A stretch of DNA of 37,322 nt from assembly GCA_013115145.1 (NCBI GenBank), contig JAAPAO010000347.1:1-37322 (forward strand), written 5' to 3'. Every line of letters begins with the position of its first letter. Position 1 is the stretch's first letter. Below are positions 25,179-33,890 of the stretch, piece after piece. The notes under the pieces are model-generated. The model was not told where the DNA came from. It ran no database searches and saw nothing but the letters and a program-made list of their open reading frames with translations. The position numbers and the translations under genes were made by a program. The DNA comes from Perkinsus chesapeaki ATCC PRA-425 (lineage: Eukaryota; Protista; Perkinsozoa).

Positions 25179-26500
25179 CTAGGCTGGGGAAAACTCGCGC
25201 TCGGAGCTAAGATTCGTTCTCCCGTACCTTTCGTGGTGTCGCATATTGTTAGCTTCATATATAGGCGAAGAACTTTGCCAGGTTTGTGTCAATTTGAACT
25301 CTTCTGTACAGTTGTAGAGAAGGCAGTTGTCGCGGCCACTGATGATGGGAATACTGGGCATTGACGAGGGGGAGGCAGCCACTGATCATGAGTCATGTCG
25401 AATACAATAATTTTTTTGCTATCACCAGATGCTCAACCAGAAAGCATGGCTCACACTCATTAAAGGGTCCGGAAAACCTATAGCCCTGGCTTGTAGTGAT
25501 GCTTAATGCGATGAGTGGCTGAGATTCGATCGATGCCATACCGACCAACGGTCTCTCGCGGATGTGGGGGCAAGCAGTGGGTGTGGCTACATCTGAGAAC
25601 TGAATAGTTGAGAGAACTTCACTATAGAGACCGATCACGCACGCTATTACGTCGAATTCAACATCGCCGCTGAAAGTCCTTTAGAACACAAGTCTTCCAA
25701 TAGGTCCTTTGTCCCTTTCTGCGGAACTATCTTGTAGTCCCATTCACCGTAGCCCAACTCTCTAGCAGCCCTAATCGGTAGAGCCTCGCCGTATCGGATC
25801 TGTATTGTCCAGGTTTACCCCACCAATGCTAGTCTCAGCCATGCGCAGTGAGCTGTCGATGAGCAGCATCAAGCAGTGTATTGCTCTATTGAAGCAGCTC
25901 TTCGATTCTTATGCTGTCTTGCCGGAGGTATGCCATCGATTCATATTCACTTTCCATTTGTCATCAGGCGGACATACGGCAAATCGTTCCTGATGTACCC
26001 AGCTTGACTAATGTGGTAGTATTCGGGCAAGGGGCCAGCAGTTTATCTCATTTCTCTTTTTAAACTCAATCTCGGAACGTTTATGTCCAGCAAGGCTTAA
26101 CCAAACATACGGGTGTTCTCCACAGTACTTTCCCTTCTACCTGTAGCATCACTTATATAGGCAATTAACTCGGTAACCATCGAGTAGGGCTGTCGTCGTC
26201 GTCATCGTTCAGGTTCTCTTCGCCCAATGTCTATTGGATGCCAAGTTCCTCGATATGTGCATGGGTAGCAGCAGCTCAGATGAGGGACGTAAGGCCTTAC
26301 TGGATGCATTCACCGTTATGGCGATGAGGATAAAAAGCCTGGAAAAGGTACTGAGGTTGAGCAGCTATATATATCGGCAATCGCCTGTGTAGGATTCGTT
26401 GGCCGGGACTAAGGCAACAGCGCTGCTCAAGGGCCTGGACTCTGTATCGAGATCGAGCCTACCTGAGGAGTCCGCCGCGGCGGCAGGAGCCTATGATGGT
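25179..26500 (-). CDS. Multi-exon hypothetical gene (start uncertain)
   Basis: In-frame splice QIRYGEALPIRAARELGYGEWDYK...FDVIAC|FSDVATPTACPH...VEHL across a ~39-nt GT-AG intron. No family recognised. Confidence 0.4.
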
Positions 26501-26712
26501 TTCTTTGGGAAAAGGTCGGTATGAGCTATTGCTGTGGTATAGAGGGGCATTCTCAGGCACTTGGACATACCTGGCTGGAACGCCTCTCCGACGGTTGTAG
26601 CGTCACCGCGCCACAAAAAGCACTAGCCTGTTGCCTATACGTATTCTACCAGCTTCCATATTCCCACTGTTCCGTTAAGTCCATATTGTTAATTCGCCGT
26701 CTAGTTTTTGAA

Positions 26713-27785
26713 ATGTCCGTGATAGGTCGGTTTAGAATGTGGGTGCTGGCTGGACAAAGCAAGCCCTCCCCTTCGGTTGGCCAGACACTGGGCCCTTTGG
26801 GCATCAATATGATGGTAGTACGGTCTCTTGGCCGCCGCCGCCGCTGAGCTTGGCAGGCATGCTTCTCAGCAATTTAATAAGGAGCTGAATGCTAGGATAG
26901 CGACGGTTAGGGCGAAGGTGCCTGTACAGGTCACTTTGGTGCCTAAAACAGACAAAACGTGAGTCATTGCGATAAGCAGCAGATCGTCGTTGTTATTGAC
27001 CCATTTCCACACTTTTCGTGCCAGCCCCGGTCACGTGGGGACTACGAATTCTTTGGAAGTAGATTCGCATAGAACTGTACCGGGCTGCGTGGAATGGTGA
27101 TGCATAGCTATTATGGAACTGCCGGGGAGAGCAGTTTCGCATCAACCCCACCGTCTGCCATGACAGCCGAATTATCAGAGAATGTATACGCGGTGGTATA
27201 GTCCTTTTAACGTCTCAAGGACTTGAGCGTTTTTGCAAAGGATCGGGAATCTTCATCGCATTCCTATCGGAGGTCTATCAGGTACGGCTTTTGGCTGAGG
27301 ACACCCCCGGCAAACTGGTTCATAAGGTAGCCAACTGTCGCCACTAAGGCCGCTATCCGACTCTTAGGCGAATAGCAAGGCTCCCTCTTTGTGGCGGAAA
27401 AGGTCATAGGAACATTGTCGGAACAATAACGCTGAAGGAAGTCTACCATATAGCGAGGGTGAGCCACTGTCGGCTACTTTGGAAAGGTTATTGTCAGGCG
27501 AAGAGCATGGATCCAACGAACGTTGGGAAGCCTCTGCGGTCCATAGTTATCAGTGTTATAGGTAGCTAGTGGTGTCAGAATGGTTAGATACTCAATGGGT
27601 GTAGGAACGGCCCATGCAATGGGGGTCCAGGTGCTGTACAAGTTACCAGTACAGCATCAACATAGAGATGACTTGCCCATATCAGATCTGGATAGGCTGA
27701 AGAAGGAGACTAGGTCAGTAGGGGTAGTAACGATTGTGACGGTGCTGTTAGGGCGAGATCCAAGCTGACGAGGAGAGGTTCCTGA
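26713..27785 (+). CDS. MRPL11: Mitochondrial ribosomal protein uL11m
   Basis: Spliced: MSVIGRFRMWVLAGQSKPSPSVGQTLGPLGINMM|QFNKELNARIATVRAKVPVQVTLVPKTDKT|YGFWLRTPPANWFI|RRIARLPLCGGKGHRNIVGTITLKEVYHIAR|..VISVIG|TAHAMGVQV. These are canonical bacterial-type L11 motifs (PSPPVG, GINxM, TPP, IGTARSMG). Confidence 0.92.
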
Positions 27786-28191
27786 GGGGCTCTGTATGGC
27801 TTCCATGACATCAACGTTTCTGTTAACATCTGCTTTTTGGTTTCTGTGTATTATTACTACTTCACCGATCGGCGCGCATCGGTATCTTTGTGTCAAGGCA
27901 TGAAACGGTTGATCGATTTAGATGCGCTTATGCTACACAGTCTTGCACTCAATAGTGGAACGATAAAGCATCAACCAACCAGGAGGTCTGTCCCACCGGG
28001 GAGAGCTGCATTGGCCTTGGAATTATAATAGTTAACCAAAAAAGCTGGGTCTCAAGAGTTTGGCAAGTGACCCTGTGGGAGCACTGTCAGGCTTTGTCCT
28101 GCAGCAGATGATGCGCAACATTTGCAGGCTACCGGCTTTGCATGCTGAATGTCGCAATGCTGAAGCTCTCAGCGGTTCTCTAGTTTAATTC

Positions 28192-29554
28192 ATGTCATCG
28201 ATTCACCGAGGTCAACTGGAGGTGCTCTCAATACAGATGAGACCATTCTGTCTCCCTCTAAGGAGACCATTACCGCTGTGCCGAGGGAACTCTAAAGTGG
28301 AGATAACCGAGCGAGAAGGAACTTATATGATCATTAATTGTCGGTAAGTCTATAAGTACTTAAGTAGCTTACTGGGGTGTCATCTGTTCGTACGATGCCC
28401 TATTACTGGAATGGCAAGAATCTTCGATGAGGCTCAGTTGATTGGATCCCTTGTTGTCAATCTGTTCCCTATAGAGATTATCATCAAATAGCAGTCCAAT
28501 GGTTCGTTCCTCATCTATTGCAATATGGACGCTGTAATGATCCCTCCGTAGGTTCCACCCAGCAGACGGTTCGGCAAGCTGTCCCTGTAGCGGCGTTGGT
28601 GAATCATGCCCGCTACCGCTATTCCATCCCAAGCCTTGTTTCGAGCCAATCGTGACGACTCCTACTCTACCACGTTTCATCGACTTTGCGAGTGACGGCA
28701 TTTCTGAGGCGTGCAGAGCAGCTTGCCGTGGAAATATAAGTGTCCAAGGGGCCCTCGAAATGGCCCTGTTAGGTTGTATTTCTGACTTCACTGGTAAGAG
28801 GCCCTCGGAGGTCCTCTGGTGGTATGGCGGAGGCGTGGCCGAGGATTTGGGTAATCTGGCAAGAACCGTCAAGATCAATCAGATGTTCACTCGTGAAGAG
28901 AGGACGGGAGCGGCACTGTTGCGCGGCTGCGTTAAACTGAAGGTCGGTGATGACCCCATTGCTGATGCGAAGACCGTGAGCTCGGCAGCCGAGGGTGTCT
29001 CTGAGAGTGGCTGTCTCCGCTTAGACGCCAATCAATCGTGGACGCCGGACCAGTACGAGTTATTCACTAAGTCTTTAAGCGATGTAGTGAAGGCTAAGAT
29101 AGAATATATTGAAGAGCCTACAACTGTGTGGTGCGATGACTATATTAGCTTCGGCATTCCTACGGCCATGGATGAGAGTCTGGTCACCGCTACGAAGTTC
29201 CCGGCATGTGGGAGCCCCAGAGTACATTTCGTGCTCAAGCCAGGCGTGCTGGGATTGAGACGGGCCTGTCAATATGTCGTCCGCTTCGGGTCCCGCTGTT
29301 GCCTTTCTAGCATGTTCGAATCATCTCTGAGCATGTACTGGTATACGGCATTGGCATCTCTCTGCGACTCTCAGGTTTACCACGGCCTTAGCACCTCCAG
29401 TTGGGTACTCGAAGAGAAGGAGGAGGGGCGCTCATTTGATGATCTCATTAAGAAAGATGGCCTGTGGTTGGTCGACTTGGATGAATCAGATGAAGCGTTG
29501 AAGGCGACTGCCCAAAGAATACTGTGTTCCGATAGAAATGGTGTTTCCCCCTAA
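28192..29554 (+). CDS. menC: o-succinylbenzoate synthase (MenC/OSBS family, enolase superfamily), stand-alone; join(28192..28343,28552..29554), ~384 aa
   Basis: Exon 1 has FCLPLRRPL...ITEREG (MenC N-terminus). A phase-2 intron joins to SGVGESCPLPLF (cf. GWGEISPLPGF). Catalytic set: KLKVG, LRLDANQSW, YIEEP, AMDESL, VLKPGVLG, LSSMFESSL. Confidence 0.85.
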
Positions 29555-29670
29555 GCCATATGGTTTTGTGTGTACAGTGCCGATACTGGACGGTCATGGT
29601 CACCGGAGCAAGTGGCGCGAAAGCCGGTTTTGCAAGGATTCTGCCGGGTATCTTTGGCATGATCTGACAC

Positions 29671-30920
29671 ATGCCACCCCGCCGCATGCGTCGATTAAAG
29701 TGCCGTCGATGTAGCAAATTTATGAGTGAGGGGAAGCCATGCAAGTCCTGTGGGGCGGTTGGGTACCATACGAGTGCTGATGACGATTTTATTATTGAGG
29801 CCGAATGCGTTACCTGTGGAACGGAGTCAGATTCGACAAGTGTGGCTCATGTAGGAACTCCCTTGGTCGGTAGCGGGATCAAGGCTGAGCAGGCCTATAA
29901 CGTGAGCGGCCCCACAAGATGGAGTTGGTCAAGTGGTGAGTGTGAAGTGCTTCATCAGGTGAGCTACGAAGCACCGACGCCAGGCAGTGGAGATGCTAAC
30001 TCTACCGCATCGGGGACAGACTTTACTAGACAGACTGAATTAGAAGAGCTCCGGAAATCGAGGAAGAGGTATAGGGAGGAGGCTATTCGGTAGGGATCGA
30101 GGCTCGCTGTTCAAGTGGCATAATTCTGGCATCATCAGGCTCCGGGCACAAGTCCGGGACACGACCATAAGGCAAGGGCAACTTGCCCAGGAGGCCAAAT
30201 TTGAGGAGTCGGCACGTCGGGCAGCAGAGAGACGCGCTGCTGAGTTACACGAGGTGGGATGCCCTGAGGTCCTTGGGCTGGGGGATACGCGACAGGAGAT
30301 GCTCAGGAAATGAAAAGTCTTCGAATGAGAGCACAAGAGTCTCGGGAAGAAGCGATCAGATCCGACCGATTGCGGCAAGAAGCTGTCCAAGAGAGAGACC
30401 GGTGTAAAGAGGCGAATCAAAGTCTAATTGAGTATTCGAGAAAGCTGCGTACAATGGTCCAGGAATTAAGAGTAGGGAGTCAGACAGCATTGCAGGAATG
30501 CTTTTTCCTCCTCCTGAATCTTCATCCGATTTTTCCTCCCTATAGGGCAAGTTGAAGGTTAACTACGCAGCCCTGAAAGCCATACAAGATGCAGCGGACG
30601 AACTGTCCTTGATCACAAAGAATGCTGCCGTTAGTTCATCTAGTGTATGAGTCTACCGAGGTTTACTGAATACGGAGAGCTGTGTGGTGGTAGGTAGACG
30701 ATCTCATGCAGCCGATTCCTCCCTCACCTCCATCTCCTATGACGGCTGGATACAGTGATGGAAGTGCCACTGATCCAGGCGCTGATAACGTGACCTGTAA
30801 GCTGCGGAGTTACATAGGCTTTTTTATGATACACTTTCAGCGACGGAAAAGCGCGGCATCGGAGATCCATCTCTCGCGGCAGAACCGCAGAGCAAGAAGA
30901 TGAAGCAGGAAGACGAGTGA
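29671..30920 (+). CDS. Hypothetical protein: N-terminal CxxC...CxxC Zn-ribbon-like motif plus long coiled-coil, multi-exon (3' end uncertain)
   Basis: KCRRCSKFMSEGKPCKSCG and CVTCG, followed by charged heptad-like exons (ELEELRKSRKRYREEAIR; QESREEAIRSDRLRQEAVQER). Confidence 0.55.
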
Positions 30921-31659
30921 GTGTTCCGTATGTCTGTCAAAGACAAATAACAATAGAAACTCTCCTTCAGAATATCTAATGGTGACGATAGTCTGCCTCC
31001 TGGTATCACGTCGAATTATCTCTGAATCGTATGCTCCATAGTTTTCTTATGCAAGAAGTTAATCCTGGCTATACCATTTCTGCAGCTGAGGTGTTGTCGC
31101 AACACTGTTGTGCACTTGTCCATTGATCTTCCAACTCTCGATCCTGCCGTTTTGTTTCCCAATTCATTGTTTAAACCTAGCATGCTCACGTGTATCTGCC
31201 AACACTATAAGACAGTGTTCGCCAAGTGTTACTTGACAAGTCGCCCTGATGGATCTATAAACTCACAACACGCCAAATAATCTGGTCTACATTAAAATAC
31301 GTGCCTTCCTGGTGAAGTTCCTGGCGACTTGGGCGTATTCAGGCTCGCCCGACCATGTGGATGTTGTCAAGCTTCTACCAACACCAGTGCAGGCGTCCTG
31401 CTTACAGCTGTTGTCTCCGTGGTGGACGTTGGTCGCCTGCGCCGCATGTTTATCAAACGAGGATAGAACTACGAGTTGCGGTCTTTAACATTTAACATTT
31501 GCAATGAGTCGTGCATGCTGCGCATACCATGCTCCTAAACGCCAAATTCCCCAGGGGAGTGTCGTTGACGTTGCTATCACACGGAGTGGAAATTCGATCT
31601 ATAATTCTATTTGTTGGAGAAACCTTTCACGCACTGTTTCGCTTGTTTTGAGATAATAT

Positions 31660-33517
31660 CAAAGGCCGCCTTTGGCTCCTGAACAAAGAGGTTCTTAGTG
31701 CCTTAATTACTCCAATTGCCACAGTGGCGACAGAGCCACTAATAGAAAACCCCGCCGCAAGATTTCTGACTTTCTCCGTGACTATGCGATTTGTTCTCTC
31801 GGCTCTCCCGGCGGCTGATATTCATGAATTCCATAGCCTCAACGAGATAACGCGATAACTTATCGCGCATGGTTATTCCTAACAGCCTGTTAGGAATAAC
31901 TTACTAGCACTGTGTAGCTGTTGCGCTGCTGTACTGCTACTGCAGGAATCCTGCTGTTGAAGCTCCAAGTAATTCCAGTGCCGCTCGGCTATGGAGTGTT
32001 ATTGGGTTTCTCCAGCCACTCACTTATGATTCATAAGTTATGAAGGTTTTCAACTTGTGGTGTTAGCTGGTATTGAGAACCAGAGAGACGAATCATTGCT
32101 GAAATGATATTAGGGAGGCATCAGAGACTCAAACATCATAGACTAGACTCAGACTACAAAACCGTGAGTCGCACCATTGCAACCCACATGGGTTACCCAT
32201 GTAGCCACCGCCATATTAGAGGCGGGATTAATTCAAATTGCGGATGTTTACCTGTGCTGCATAGGGTTTTTTATTATCACCACACATTTTTTGCGAATCT
32301 TGTTAAGAAGCCTATCGCGCGGTTGAACATATCGCATCCTAAGAAGAGTGTTGTGGCAATCAACGTTCGTGCCGGCCTGAAACAGTTGAGCTGGTCAAGT
32401 TCGGATATGAGCATATTGGCCGATGCTGCATTATGGTTTACATGTGATGTTAAGAACGACTCCGGTAACTTGTGCCCTGAACGCTTTATAGAGTTGTATT
32501 CTGGCTCGAATGTGCGACCATCAGTCGGATGCAAAGTTTACTATCTGATGGCACCATATAGTAACCTGCAGACCTTTTTGCGAGGAACTGTATCGCCACC
32601 CAAACGCAAAAGTGAGTCACAACAGATAGACAGAATACAGTGTGTACCTACAGCAGCCCCCAATGGGTGCCCCCATCATCATACCCTCTTCAATTGGGGA
32701 GGGGTTTAGGGCGTTCCTGAGTCATAATTGGCGACTGACTTGCGTTCAAACATGAACTACCGTCCCCACGACGCGTTACCCGGGTGTTGCCCATAGCAGG
32801 CCAGGTTTGAGAAATACATCACATACCGCCAGCAGACAACGTACAATTCGATCAGGTGGCGGTTGGTACCACCAACAGAAGCTGTGGGTTGAAACTTTCG
32901 CCAAGTTAAAGAAGTGTCACGCAGACGATAGTATGCAGGAATATGTCGTGGCACAGGAGAACTGCGGACGTAGTTACTCTGGATGAGGACTAAGTACTGT
33001 ATTATATTGTCTCATATGGCACATGAGACAATATGCTTGTAGTGCATCACATGTGCTAGACCTCGGCCAAAACAGTCACCATTAGGTCGCACTGTCCGCT
33101 ATTCGCAACAAGGCGGCTTCGCTCAAGCCGTTTCAGTCCGATCGTAATCAGTTCTTCCGACAATCCGTTCGCAGCTCACTGTTCGATCTTGCTCGACTGG
33201 AATTAATTCGAAACTTTCGAGTCGGAAGCCGGTTCTGTCGAGGCAGGTCCCGGCTGCCGGGATACAACGCCTACCAAGTGTACTCAAACTTTGAGTCAGT
33301 TTAGTCGTTGAGCCTCAAAGGCTAGACTGAGTCTAGTAGGCCCTAGCTTGATATATCTCAAGGGATGACTAGATGCGCTGCTACCGCTATTAACTGCCTT
33401 GAATGTGTGGTTATAGGGTGTTAATTGTAAGTAAAATCAAATATTATAAATACTATAATATGATATTTGATACCAGATGCTAGAAGATGAGGTTTCCAGG
33501 TGGGAGCTCAGAGCTCC
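31660..33517. repeat. Cluster of non-homologous perfect inverted repeats with a single-base centre
   Basis: Arms of at least 7 bp checked base by base at 31660-74, 31851-67, 31872-900 (14-bp arms), 32022-38, 32030-44, 32186-202, 33248-62, 33282-96, 33322-36 and 33503-17. Confidence 0.85.
32104..32709 (+). CDS. 201-aa ORF, coding status doubtful
   Basis: Length only. No motif is recognisable, and its 5' part overlaps one of the palindromes. Confidence 0.15.
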   Translation: MILGRHQRLKHHRLDSDYKTVSRTIATHMGYPCSHRHIRGGINSNCGCLPVLHRVFYYHHTFFANLVKKPIARLNISHPKKSVVAINVRAGLKQLSWSSSDMSILADAALWFTCDVKNDSGNLCPERFIELYSGSNVRPSVGCKVYYLMAPYSNLQTFLRGTVSPPKRKSESQQIDRIQCVPTAAPNGCPHHHTLFNWGGV

Positions 33518-33890
33518 GAGCTATGTTTAGTACTGGAGATCTCCGAGCTCTCCATAACATAGTTCAAGCTCACAACAGAGCTCACCAGTAGAGTCAGTAT
33601 CTATCAGTCGAAATATCTTCTATCGAGTTTTCCCGAGAAGTTTTGCATCGACTTTTTGTTCGAAATCGCATCTGACAAGAGACGCGTTAAGAAACGTCAA
33701 GGTTGCTCAAGAGCGCAAGAGTCAGCAAATTCTAATTTTGAACGACCGCGAGCGCGGCGTTGCTGCCTAGCTTGTGTGGCATGGCGCAGCATAAAGTAGG
33801 ATCGTGGCATAGGGAGGAATAGATATCGCAGGCTTAACCGCGACTTGTAGAGTTTTTTACACTGGCACTAGTGATTTGTCAAAAGACATC

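Noticed and set aside
25746-25754. ACCGTAGCC, matching the start of the Perkinsus/dinoflagellate spliced leader (also a partial CATCTT..GGCTCAAG near 17594)
   Set aside because: Only partial matches, located inside or antisense to other genes and not upstream of a start codon. Expected by chance.
26960-27280. snoRNA hosted in the long uL11m intron
   Set aside because: Small hairpins and an H-box-like AGAGAA are present, but there is no terminal ACA and no C/D box pair.
28369-28878. 169-aa minus-strand ORF and similar long antisense ORFs (22438-22938, 14314-14631, 13411-13839)
   Set aside because: Shadow ORFs opposite well-supported genes (menC, ACS-like C, LRR gene).
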